Part shown: positions 1-14,000 of the stretch, piece after piece
How positions within the stretch are numbered: the first letter of the stretch is position 1
Layout of the letters: every line of letters begins with the position of its first letter
From: Paragordius varius
Lineage: Eukaryota > Animalia > Nematomorpha
Reading direction: 5' to 3'
DNA length: 64,000 nucleotides
Assembly: GCA_964247055.1 (NCBI GenBank)
Contig: OZ176054.1
Location: 682,001 to 746,000, forward strand
Position numbers and translations under genes: made by a program
The notes under the pieces: generated by a model
What the model was told of the DNA's origin: nothing
What the model saw: the letters and a program-made list of their open reading frames with translations, nothing else
Databases searched by the model: none

Positions 1-2878
1 AAGTTTATTTTGAGTATTGATGCGACTAGTTTAATACATTAATTTTTAAAGTATCGTTGTAAAAATCGGATATGAAAGAGTTTGTCAAACTATTTCTATA
101 TTTTGATGTAGTCTTACTAAGAGAATGTATAAAAAATAATTTTGTTCACCGGTGACCAATATCCGATTTTTAAGGACAAAGTTTAACTTGAGTATTGATG
201 CGATTTATTGATACGACTAGTTTTATACATTAATTTTTAAAGTATCGATGTAAAAATCGGATATGAAAGAGTTTGTCAAACTATCTCTATATTTTGATGT
301 AGTCTTACTAAGAGAATGTATAAAAAATAATTTTGTTCACCGGCGACCAATATTCGATTTTTAAGGACAAAGTTTATTTTGAGTATTGATGCGACTAGTT
401 TAATACATTAATTTTTAAAGTATCGTTGTAAAAATCGGATATGAAAGAGTTTGTCAAACTATCTCTATATTTTGATGTAGTCTTACTAAGAGAATGTATA
501 AAAAATAATTTTGTTCACCGGTGACCAATATCCGATTTTTAAGGACAAAGTTTAACTTGAGTATTGATGCGACTGGTTTAATACCATAATTTTAAAAGTA
601 TCGTTGAAATCGGATATGAAAGAGTTTGTCAAACTATCTCTATATTTTGATGTAGTCTTACTAAGAAAATGTATAAAAAATAATTTTGTTCACCGGTGAC
701 CAATATCCGATTTTTAAGGACAAAGTTTAACTTGAGTATTGATGCGACTAGTTTAACACATTAATTTTTAAAGTATCGTTGTAAAAATCGGATATGAAAG
801 AGTTTGTCAAACTATCTCTATATTTTGATGTAGTCTTGCTAAGAGAATGTATAAAAAATAATTTTGTTCACCGGTGACCAATATTCGATTTTTAAGGACA
901 AAGTTTATTTTGAGTATTGATGCGACTAGTTTAATACATTAATTTTTAAAGTATCGTTGTAAAAATCGGATATGAAAGAGTTTGTCAAACTATCTCTATA
1001 TTTTGATGTAGTCTTACTAAGAGAATGTATAAAAAATAATTTTGTTCACCGGTGACCAATATCCGATTTTTAAGGACAAAGTTTAACTTGAGTATTGATG
1101 CGATTTATTGATACGACTAGTTTTATACATTAATTTTTAAAGTATCGATGTAAAAATCGGATATGAAAGAGTTTGTCAAACTATCTCTATATTTTGATGT
1201 AGTCTTACTAAGAGAATGTATAAAAAATAATTTTGTTCACCGGTGACCAATATTCGATTTTTAAGGACAAAGTTTATTTTGAGTATTGATGCGACTAGTT
1301 TAATACATTAATTTTTAAAGTATCGTTGTAAAAATCGGATATGAAAGAGTTTGTCAAACTATCTCTATATTTTGATGTAGTCTTACTAAGAGAATGTATA
1401 AAAAATAATTTTGTTCACCGGTGACCAATATCCGATTTTTAAGGACAAAGTTTAACTTGAGTATTGATGCGACTGGTTTAATACCATAATTTTAAAAGTA
1501 TCGTTGAAATCGGATATGAAAGAGTTTGTCAAACTATCTCTATATTTTGATGTAGTCTTACTAAGAAAATGTATAAAAAATAATTTTGTTCACCGGTGAC
1601 CAATATCCGATTTTTAAGGACAAAGTTTAACTTGAGTATTGATGCGACTAGTTTAACACATTAATTTTTAAAGTATCGTTGTAAAAATCGGATATGAAAG
1701 AGTTTGTCAAACTATCTCTATATTTTGATGTAGTCTTGCTAAGAGAATGTATAAAAAATAATTTTGTTCACCGGTGACCAATATTCGATTTTTAAGGACA
1801 AAGTTTATTTTGAGTATTGATGCGACTAGTTTAATACATTAATTTTTAAAGTATCGTTGTAAAAATCGGATATGAAAGAGTTTGTCAAACTATCTCTATA
1901 TTTTGATGTAGTCTTGCTAAGAGAATATATAAAAAATAATTTTGTTCACCGGTGACCAATATCCGATTTTTAAGGACAAAGTTTATTTTGAGTATTGATG
2001 CGACTAGTTTAATACATTAATTTTTAAAGTATCGTTGTAAAAATCGGATATGAAAGAGTTTGTCAAACTATTTCTATATTTTGATGTAGTCTTACTAAGA
2101 GAATGTATAAAAAATAATTTTGTTCACCGGTGACCAATATCCGATTTTTAAGGACAAAGTTTAACTTGAGTATTGATGCGATTTATTGATACGACTAGTT
2201 TTATACATTAATTTTTAAAGTATCGATGTAAAAATCGGATATGAAAGAGTTTGTCAAACTATCTCTATATTTTGATGTAGTCTTACTAAGAGAATGTATA
2301 AAAAATAATTTTGTTCACCGGTGACCAATATTCGATTTTTAAGGACAAAGTTTATTTTGAGTATTGATGCGACTAGTTTAATACATTAATTTTTAAAGTA
2401 TCGTTGTAAAAATCGGATATGAAAGAGTTTGTCAAACTATCTCTATATTTTGATGTAGTCTTACTAAGAGAATGTATAAAAAATAATTTTGTTCACCGGT
2501 GACCAATATCCGATTTTTAAGGACAAAGTTTAACTTGAGTATTGATGCGACTGGTTTAATACCATAATTTTAAAAGTATCGTTGAAATCGGATATGAAAG
2601 AGTTTGTCAAACTATCTCTATATTTTGATGTAGTCTTACTAAGAAAATGTATAAAAAATAATTTTGTTCACCGGTGACCAATATCCGATTTTTAAGGACA
2701 AAGTTTAACTTGAGTATTGATGCGACTAGTTTAACACATTAATTTTTAAAGTATCGTTGTAAAAATCGGATATGAAAGAGTTTGTCAAACTATCTCTATA
2801 TTTTGATGTAGTCTTGCTAAGAGAATGTATAAAAAATAATTTTGTTCACCGGTGACCAATATTCGATTTTTAAGGACA
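1..2878. repeat. Higher-order repeat: 900-bp 5-mer x3 plus one extra monomer
   Basis: 1-900, 901-1800 and 1979-2878 are near-identical; 178+191+178+175+178 = 900. Confidence 0.93.
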
Positions 2879-5000
2879 AAGTTTATTTTGAGTATTGATG
2901 CGACTAGTTTAATACATTAATTTTTAAAGTATCGTTGTAAAAATCGGATATGAAAGAGTTTGTCAAACTATCTCTATATTTTGATGTAGTCTTACTAAGA
3001 GAATGTATAAAAAATAATTTTGTTCACCGGTGACCAATATCCGATTTTTAAGGACAAAGTTTAACTTGAGTATTGATGCGATTTATTGATACGACTAGTT
3101 TTATACATTAATTTTTAAAGTATCGATGTAAAAATCGGATATGAAAGAGTTTGTCAAACTATCTCTATATTTTGATGTAGTCTTGCTAAGAGAATATATA
3201 AAAAATAATTTTGTTCACCGGTGACCAATATCCGATTTTTAAGGACAAAGATTAACTTGAGTATTGATGCGACTAGTTTAACACATTAATTTTTAAAGTA
3301 TCGTTGTAAAAATCGGATATGAAAGAGTTTGTCAAACTATCTCTATATTTTGATGTAGTCTTACTAAGAGAATGTATAAAAAATAATTTTGTTCACCGGT
3401 GACCAATATTCGATTTTTAAGGACAAAGTTTAACTTGAGTATTGATGCGACTAGTTTTATACATTAATTTTTAAAGTATCGTTGTAAAAATCGGATATGA
3501 AAGAGTTTGTCAAACTATCTCTATATTTTGATGTAGTCTTGCTAAGAGAATATATAAAAAATAATTTTGTTCACCGGTGACCAATATCCGATTTTTAAGG
3601 ACAAAGTTTAATTTGAGTATTGATGCGACTAGTTTACTACCATAATTTTTAAAGTATCGTTGTAAAAATCGGATATGAAAGAGTTTGTCAAACTATCTCT
3701 ATATTTTGATGTAGTCTTACTAAGAGAATGTATAAAAAATAGTTTTGTTCACCGGTGACCAATATCCGATTTTTAAGGACAAAGTTTAACTTGAGTATTG
3801 ATGCGACTGGTTTAATACCATAATTTTTAAAGTATCGTTGTAAAAATCGGATATGAAAAAGTTTGTCAAACTATCCCTATATTTTGATGTAGTCTTACTA
3901 AGAGAATGTATAAAAAATAATTTTGTTCACCGGTGACCAATATTCGATTTTTAAGGACAAAGTTTATTTTGAGTATTGATGCGACTAGTTTAATACATTA
4001 ATTTTTAAAGTATCGTTGTAAAAATCGGATATGAAAGAGTTTGTCAAACTATCTCTATATTTTGATGTAGTCTTACTAAGAGAATGTATAAAAAATAATT
4101 TTGTTCACCGGTGACCAATATCCGATTTTTAAGGACAAAGTTTAACTTGAGTATTGATGCGATTTATTGATACGACTAGTTTTATACATTAATTTTTAAA
4201 GTATCGATGTAAAAATCGGATATGAAAGAGTTTGTCAAACTATCTCTATATTTTGATGTAGTCTTGCTAAGAGAATATATAAAAAATAATTTTGTTCACC
4301 GGTGACCAATATCCGATTTTTAAGGACAAAGATTAACTTGAGTATTGATGCGACTAGTTTAACACATTAATTTTTAAAGTATCGTTGTAAAAATCGGATA
4401 TGAAAGAGTTTGTCAAACTATCTCTATATTTTGATGTAGTCTTACTAAGAGAATGTATAAAAAATAATTTTGTTCACCGGTGACCAATATTCGATTTTTA
4501 AGGACAAAGTTTAACTTGAGTATTGATGCGACTAGTTTTATACATTAATTTTTAAAGTATCGTTGTAAAAATCGGATATGAAAGAGTTTGTCAAACTATC
4601 TCTATATTTTGATGTAGTCTTGCTAAGAGAATATATAAAAAATAATTTTGTTCACCGGTGACCAATATCCGATTTTTAAGGACAAAGTTTAATTTGAGTA
4701 TTGATGCGACTAGTTTACTACCATAATTTTTAAAGTATCGTTGTAAAAATCGGATATGAAAGAGTTTGTCAAACTATCTCTATATTTTGATGTAGTCTTA
4801 CTAAGAGAATGTATAAAAAATAGTTTTGTTCACCGGTGACCAATATCCGATTTTTAAGGACAAAGTTTAACTTGAGTATTGATGCGACTGGTTTAATACC
4901 ATAATTTTTAAAGTATCGTTGTAAAAATCGGATATGAAAAAGTTTGTCAAACTATCCCTATATTTTGATGTAGTCTTACTAAGAGAATGTATAAAAAATA
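2879..5000. repeat. Higher-order repeat: 1,081-bp 6-mer x2
   Basis: Variant order at 2879 repeats at 3960 (5x178+191), including ACTATCCCTA and AAAGATTAAC markers. Confidence 0.9.
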
Positions 5001-8000
5001 ATTTTGTTTAGCCGGTGACCAATATCCGATTATTAAGGACAAAGTTTAACTTGAGTATTGATGCGATTTATTGATACGACTTTTTATACATTAATTTTTA
5101 AAGTATCGTTGTAAAAATCGGATATGAAAGAGTTTGTCAAACTATCTCTATATTTTGATGTAGTCTTGCTAAGAGAATATATAAAAAATAATTTTGTTCA
5201 CCGGTGACCAATATCCGATTTTTAAGGACAAAGTTTATTTTGAGTATTGATGCGACTAGTTTAATACATTAATTTTTAAAGTATCGTTGTAAAAATCGGA
5301 TATGAAAGAGTTTGTCAAACTATTTCTATATTTTGATGTAGTCTTACTAAGAGAATGTATAAAAAATAATTTTGTTCACCGGTGACCAATATTCGATTTT
5401 TAAGGTCAAAGTTTAACTTGAGTATTGATGCGACTAGTTTAACACATTAATTTTTAAAGTATCGTTGTAAAAATCGGATATGAAAGAGTTTGTCAAACTA
5501 TCTCTATATTTTGATGTAGTTTTACTAAGAGAATGTATAAAAAATAATTTTGTTCACCGGTGACCAATATCCGATTTTTAAGGACAAAGTTTAACTTGAG
5601 TATTGATGCGATTTATTGATACGACTAGTTTTATACATTAATTTTTAAAGTATCGATGTAAAAATCGGATATGAAAGAGTTTGTCAAACTATCTCTATAT
5701 TTTGATGTAGTCTTGCTAAGAGAATATATAAAAAATAATTTTGTTCACCGGTGACGAATATCCGATTTTTAAGGACAAAGTTTAATTTGAGTATTGATGC
5801 GACTAGTTTACTACCATAATTTTTAAAGTATCGTTGTAAAAATCGGATATGAAAGAGTTTGTCAAACTATCTCTATATTTTGATGTAGTCTTACTAAGAG
5901 AATGTATAAAAAATAATTTTGTTCACCGGTGACCAAGATCCGATTTTTAAGGACAAAGTTTAACTTGAGTATTGATGCGACTGGTTTAATACCATAATTT
6001 TTAAAGTATAGTTGTAAAAATCGGATATGAAAGAGTTTGTCAAACTATCTCTATATTTTGATGTAGTCTTACTAAGAGAATGTATAAAAAATTATTTTGT
6101 TCACCGGTGACCAATATCCGATTTTTAAGGACAAAGTTTAACTTGAGTATTGATGCGACTTATTGATACGACTAGTTTTATATATTAATTTATAAATTAT
6201 CGTTGTAAAAATCGGATATGAAAGAGTTTGTCAAACTATCTCTATATTTTGATGTGGTCTTGCTAAGAGAATGTATAAAAAATTATTTTGTTCACCGGTG
6301 ACCAATATTCGATTTTTAAGGACAAAGATTAACTTGAGTATTGATGCGACTAGTTTAACACATTAATTTTTAAAGTATCGTTGTAAAAATCGGATAAGAA
6401 AGAGTTTGTCAAACTATCTCTATATTTTGATGTAGTCTTACTAAGAGAATGTATAAAAAATAATTTTGTTCACCGGTGACCAATATTCGATTTTTAAGGA
6501 CAAAGTTTAACTTGAGTATTGATGCGACTAGTTTTATACATTAATTTTTAAAGTATCGTTGTAAAAATCGGATATGAAAGAGTTTGCCAAACTATCTCTA
6601 TATTTTGAGGTAGTCCTACTAAGAGAATGTATAAAAAAATTTTGTTCACCGGTGACCAATATCCGATTATTAAGGATAAAGTTTAACTTGAGTATTGATG
6701 CGATTTATTGATACGACTTTTTATACATTAATTTTTAAAGTATCGTTGTAAAAATCGGATATGAAAGAGTTTGTCAAACTATCTCTATATTTTGATGTAG
6801 TCTTGCTGAGAGAATATATAAAAAATAATTTTGTTCACCGGTGACCAATATCCGATTTTTAAGGACAAAGTTTAACTTGAGTATTGATGCGATTTATTGA
6901 TACGACTAGTTTTATACATTAATTTTTAAAGTATCGTTGTAAAAATCGGATATGAAAGAGTTTGCCAAACTATCTCTATATTTTGAGGTAGTCCTACTAA
7001 GAGAATGTATAAAAAAATTTTGTTCACCGGTGACCAATATCCGATTATTAAGGACAAAGTTTAACTTGAGTATTGATGCGATTTATTGATACGACTTTTT
7101 ATACATTAATTTTTAAAGTATCGTTGTAAAAATCGGATATGAAAGAGTTTGTCAAACTATCTCTATATTTTGATGTAGTCTTGCTAAGAGAATATATAAA
7201 AAATAATTTTGTTCACCGGTGACCAATATTCGATTTTTAAGGACAAAGATTAACTTGAGTATTGATGCGACTAGTTTAACACATTAATTTTTAAAGTATC
7301 GTTGTAAAAATCGGATATGAAAGAGTTTGTCAAACTATCTCTATATTTTGATGTAGTCTTACTAAGAGAATGTATAAAAAATAATTTTGTTCACCGGTGA
7401 CCAATATTCGATTTTTAAGGACAAAGTTTAACTTGAGTATTGATGCGACTAGTTTTATACATTAATTTTTAAAGTATCGTTGTAAAAATCGGATATGAAA
7501 GAGTTTGTCAAACTATCTCTATATTTTGATGTAGTCTTGCTAAGAGAATATATAAAAAATAATTTTGTTCACCGGTGACCAATATCCGATTTTTAAGGAC
7601 AAAGTTTAATTTGAGTATTGATGCGACTAGTTTACTACCATAATTTTTAAAGTATCGTTGTAAAAATCGGATATGAAAGAGTTTGTCAAACTATCTCTAT
7701 ATTTTGATGTAGTCTTATTAAGAGAATGTATAAAAAATAGTTTTGTTCACCGGTGACCAATATCCGATTTTTAAGGACAAAGTTTAACTTGAGTATTGAT
7801 GCGACTGGTTTAATACCATAATTTTTAAAGTATCGTTGTAAAAATCGGATATGAAAAAGTTTGTCAAACTATCCCTATATTTTGATGTAGTCTTACTAAG
7901 AGAATGTATAAAAAATAATTTTGTTGACCGGTGACCAATATCCGATTATTAAGGACAAAGTTTAACTTGAGTATTGATGCGATTTATTGATACGACTTTT

Positions 8001-11000
8001 TATACATTAATTTTTAAAGTATCGTTGTAAAAATCGGATATGAAAGAGTTTGTCAAACTATCTCTATATTTTTATGTAGTCTTGCTAAGAGAATATATAA
8101 AAAATAATTTTGTTCACCGGTGACCAATATCCGATTTTTAAGGACAAAGTTTATTTTGAGTATTGATGCGACTAGTTTAACACATTAATTTTTAAAGTAT
8201 CGTTGTAAAAATCGGATATGAAAGAGTTTGTCAAACTATCTCTATATTTTGATGTAGTCTTACTAAGAGAATGTATAAAAAATAATTTTGTTCACCGGTG
8301 ACCAATATCCGATTTTTAAGGACAAAGTTTAACTTGAGTATTGATGCGATTTATTGATACGACTAGTTTTATACATTAATTTTTAAAGTATCGATGTAAA
8401 AATCGGATATGAAAGAGTTTGTCAAACTATCTCTATATTTTGATGTAGTCTTGCTAAGAGAATATATAAAAAATAATTTTGTTCACCGGTGACGAATATC
8501 CGATTTTTAAGGACAAAGTTTAATTTGAGTATTGATGCGACTAGTTTACTACCATAATTTTTAAAGTATCGTTGTAAAAATCGGATATGAAAGAGTTTGT
8601 CAAACTATCTCTATATTTTGATGTAGTCTTAGTAACAGAATGTATAAAAAATAATTTTGTTCACCGGTGACCAAGATCCGATTTTTAAGGACAAAGTTTA
8701 ACTTGAGTATTGATGCGACTGGTTTAATACCATAATTTTTAAAGTATAGTTGTAAAAATCGGATATGAAAGAGTTTGTCAAACTATCTCTATATTTTGAT
8801 GTAGTCTTACTAAGAGAATGTATAAAAAATTATTTTGTTCACCGGTGACCAATATCCGATTTTTAAGGACAAAGTTTAACTTGAGTATTGATGCGACTTA
8901 TTGATACGACTAGTTTTATATATTAATTTATAAATTATCGTTGTAAAAATCGTATATGAAAGAGTTTGTCAAACTATCTCTATATTTTGATGTAGTCTTG
9001 CTAAGAAAATATATAAAAAATAATTTTGTTCACCGGTGACCAATATCCGATTTTTAAGGACAAAATTTAATTTGAGTATTGATGCTACTAGTTTAATACC
9101 ATAATTTTTAAAGTTAGTTGTAAAAATCGGATATGAAAGAGTTTGTCAAACTATCTCTATATTTTGATGTAGTCTTACTAAGAGAATGTATAAAAAATAA
9201 TTTTGTTCACCGGTGACCAAGATCCGATTTTTAAGGACAAAGTTTAACTTGAGTATTGATGCGACTGGTTTAATACCATAATTTTTAAAGTATCGTTGTA
9301 AAAATCGGATATGAAAGAGTTTGTCAAACTATCTCTATATTTTGATGTAGTCTTACTAAGAGAATGTATAAAAAATAATTTTGTTCACCGGTGACCAATA
9401 TCCGATTTTTAAGGACAAAGTTTAACTTGAGTATTGATGCGACTTATTGATACGACTAGTTTTATATATTAATTTATAAAGTATCGTTGTAAAAATCGGA
9501 TATGAAAGAGTTTGTCAAACTATCTCTATATTTTGATGTAGTCTTGTTAAGAGAATGTATAAAAAATAATTTTGTTCACCGGTGACCAATATCCGATTTT
9601 TAACGACAAAGTTTAACTTGAGTATTGATGCGACTAGTTTAATACATTAATTTTTATCGTATCGTTGTAAAAATCGGATATGAAAGAGTTTGTCAAACTA
9701 TCTCTATATTTTGATGTAGTCTTACTAAGAGAATGTATAAAAAATAATTTTGTTCACCGGTGACCAATATTCGATTTTTAAGGACAAAGTTTAACTTGAG
9801 TATTGATGCGACTAGTTTTATACATTAATTTTTAAAGTATCGTTGTAAAAATCGGATATGAAAGAGTTTGTCAAACTATCTCTATATTTTGATGTAGTCT
9901 TGCTAAGAGAATATATAAAAAATAATTTTGTTCACCGGTGACCAATATCCGATTTTTAAGGACAAAGTTTAATTTGAGTATTGATGCGACTAGTTTACTA
10001 CCATAATTTTTAAAGTATCGTTTTAAAAATCGGATATGAAAGAGTTTGTCAAACTATCTCTATATTTTGATGTAGTCTTATTAAGAGAATGTATAAAAAA
10101 TAGTTTTGTTCACCGGTGACCAATATCCGATTTTTAAGGACAAAGTTTAACTTGAGTATTGATGCGACTGGTTTAATACCATAATTTTTAAAGTATCGTT
10201 GTAAAAATCGGATATGAAAAAGTTTGTCAAACTATCCCTATATTTTGATGTAGTCTTACTAAGAGAATGTATAAAAAATAATTTTGTTGACCGGTGACCA
10301 ATATCCGATTATTAAGGACAAAGTTTAACTTGAGTATTGATGCGATTTATTGATACGACTTTTTATACATTAATTTTTAAAGTATCGTTGTAAAAATCGG
10401 ATATGAAAGAGTTTGTCAAACTATCTCTATATTTTTATGTAGTCTTGCTAAGAGAATATATAAAAAATAATTTTGTTCACCGGTGACCAAGATCCGATTT
10501 TTAAGGACAAAGTTTAACTTGAGTATTGATGCGACTGGTTTAATACCATAATTTTTAAAGTATCGTTGTAAAAATCGGATATGAAAGAGTTTGTCAAACT
10601 ATCTCTATATTTTGATGTAGTCTTACTAAGAGAATGTATAAAAAATAATTTTGTTCACCGGTCACCAATATCCGATTTTTAAGGACAAAGTTTAACTTGA
10701 GTATTGATGCGACTTATTGATACGACTAGTTTTATATATTAATTTATAAAGTATCGTTGTAAAAATCGGATATGAAAGAGTTTGTCAAACTATCTCTATA
10801 TTTTGATGTAGTCTTGTTAAGAGAATGTATAAAAAATAATTTTGTTCACCGGTGACCAATATCCGATTTTTAACGACAAAGTTTAACTTGAGTATTGATG
10901 CGACTAGTTTAATACATTAATTTTTATCGTATCGTTGTAAAAATCGGATATGAAAGAGTTTGTCAAACTATCTCTATATTTTGATGTAGTCTTACTAAGA

Positions 11001-14000
11001 GAATGTATAAAAAATAATTTTGTTCACCGGTGACCAATATTCGATTTTTAAGGACAAAGTTTAACTTGAGTATTGATGCGACTAGTTTTATACATTAATT
11101 TTTAAAGTATCGTTGTAAAAATCGGATATGAAAGAGTTTGTCAAACTATCTCTATATTTTGATGTAGTCTTGCTAAGAGAATATATAAAAAATAATTTTG
11201 TTCACCGGTGACCAATATCCGATTTTTAAGGACAAAGTTTAATTTGAGTATTGATGCGACTAGTTTACTACCATAATTTTTAAAGTATCGTTTTAAAAAT
11301 CGGATATGAAAGAGTTTGTCAAACTATCTCTATATTTTGATGTAGTCTTATTAAGAGAATGTATAAAAAATAGTTTTGTTCACCGGTGACCAATATCCGA
11401 TTTTTAAGGACAAAGTTTAACTTGAGTATTGATGCGACTGGTTTAATACCATAATTTTTAAAGTATCGTTGTAAAAATCGGATATGAAAAAGTTTGTCAA
11501 ACTATCCCTATATTTTGATGTAGTCTTACTAAGAGAATGTATAAAAAATAATTTTGTTGACCGGTGACCAATATCCGATTATTAAGGACAAAGTTTAACT
11601 TGAGTATTGATGCGATTTATTGATACGACTTTTTATACATTAATTTTTAAAGTATCGTTGTAAAAATCGGATATGAAAGAGTTTGTCAAACTATCTCTAT
11701 ATTTTTATGTAGTCTTGCTAAGAGAATATATAAAAAATAATTTTGTTCACCGGTGACCAATATCCGATTTTTAAGGACAAAGTTTATTTTGAGTATTGAT
11801 GCGACTAGTTTAACACATTAATTTTTAAAGTATCGTTGTAAAAATCGGATATGAAAGAGTTTGTCAAACTATCTCTATATTTTGATGTAGTCTTACTAAG
11901 AGAATGTATAAAAAATAATTTTGTTCACCGGTGACCAATATCCGATTTTTAAGGACAAAGTTTAACTTGAGTATTGATGCGATTTATTGATACGACTAGT
12001 TTTATACATTAATTTTTAAAGTATCGATGTAAAAATCGGATATGAAAGAGTTTGTCAAACTATCTCTATATTTTGATGTAGTCTTGCTAAGAGAATATAT
12101 AAAAAATAATTTTGTTCACCGGTGACGAATATCCGATTTTTAAGGACAAAGTTTAATTTGAGTATTGATGCGACTAGTTTACTACCATAATTTTTAAAGT
12201 ATCGTTGTAAAAATCGGATATGAAAGAGTTTGTCAAACTATCTCTATATTTTGATGTAGTCTTGCTAAGAGAATATATAAAAAATAATTTTGTTCACCGG
12301 TGACCAATATCCGATTTTTAAGGACAAAGTTTAATTTGAGTATTGATGCGACTAGTTTACTACCATAATTTTTAAAGTATCGTTTTAAAAATCGGATATG
12401 AAAGAGTTTGTCAAACTATCTCTATATTTTGATGTAGTCTTATTAAGAGAATGTATAAAAAATAGTTTTGTTCACCGGTGACCAATATCCGATTTTTAAG
12501 GACAAAGTTTAACTTGAGTATTGATGCGACTGGTTTAATACCATAATTTTTAAAGTATCGTTGTAAAAATCGGATATGAAAAAGTTTGTCAAACTATCCC
12601 TATATTTTGATGTAGTCTTACTAAGAGAATGTATAAAAAATAATTTTGTTGACCGGTGACCAATATCCGATTATTAAGGACAAAGTTTAACTTGAGTATT
12701 GATGCGATTTATTGATACGACTTTTTATACATTAATTTTTAAAGTATCGTTGTAAAAATCGGATATGAAAGAGTTTGTCAAACTATCTCTATATTTTTAT
12801 GTAGTCTTGCTAAGAGAATATATAAAAAATAATTTTGTTCACCGGTGACCAAGATCCGATTTTTAAGGACAAAGTTTAACTTGAGTATTGATGCGACTGG
12901 TTTAATACCATAATTTTTAAAGTATCGTTGTAAAAATCGGATATGAAAGAGTTTGTCAAACTATCTCTATATTTTGATGTAGTCTTACTAAGAGAATGTA
13001 TAAAAAATAATTTTGTTCACCGGTCACCAATATCCGATTTTTAAGGACAAAGTTTAACTTGAGTATTGATGCGACTTATTGATACGACTAGTTTTATATA
13101 TTAATTTATAAAGTATCGTTGTAAAAATCGGATATGAAAGAGTTTGTCAAACTATCTCTATATTTTGATGTAGTCTTGTTAAGAGAATATATAAAAAATA
13201 ATTTTGTTCACCGGTGACCAATATCCGATTTTTAAGGACAAAGTTTAATTTGAGTATTGATGCGACTAGTTTACTACCATAATTTTTAAAGTATCGTTTT
13301 AAAAATCGGATATGAAAGAGTTTGTCAAACTATCTCTATATTTTGATGTAGTCTTATTAAGAGAATGTATAAAAAATAGTTTTGTTCACCGGTGACCAAT
13401 ATCCGATTTTTAAGGACAAAGTTTAACTTGAGTATTGATGCGACTAGTTTAACACATTAATTTTTAAAGTATCGTTGTAAAAATCGGATATGAAAGAGTT
13501 TGTCAAACTATCTCTATATTTTGATGTAGTCTTACTAAGAGAATGTATAAAAAATAATTTTGTTCACCGGTGACCAATATTCGATTTTTAAGGACAAAGT
13601 TTAACTTGAGTATTGATGCGACTAGTTTTATACATTAATTTTTAAAGTATCGTTGTAAAAATCGGATATGAAAGAGTTTGTCAAACTATCTCTATATTTT
13701 GATGTAGTCTTGCTAAGAGAATATATAAAAAATAATTTTGTTCACCGGTGACCAATATCCGATTTTTAAGGACAAAGTTTAATTTGAGTATTGATGCGAC
13801 TAGTTTACTACCATAATTTTTAAAGTATCGTTTTAAAAATCGGATATGAAAGAGTTTGTCAAACTATCTCTATATTTTGATGTAGTCTTATTAAGAGAAT
13901 GTATAAAAAATAGTTTTGTTCACCGGTGACCAATATCCGATTTTTAAGGACAAAGTTTAACTTGAGTATTGATGCGACTAGTTTAATACCATAATTTTTA

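Noticed and set aside
148-172. CENP-B box in the monomer
   Set aside because: No match to the TTCG....A..CGGG core seen on either strand.
60-172. Monomer core as a TA-flanked Tc1/mariner MITE
   Set aside because: The flanking TA is just part of the inverted repeat; the ends are not mariner-like and no dispersed copy is visible.
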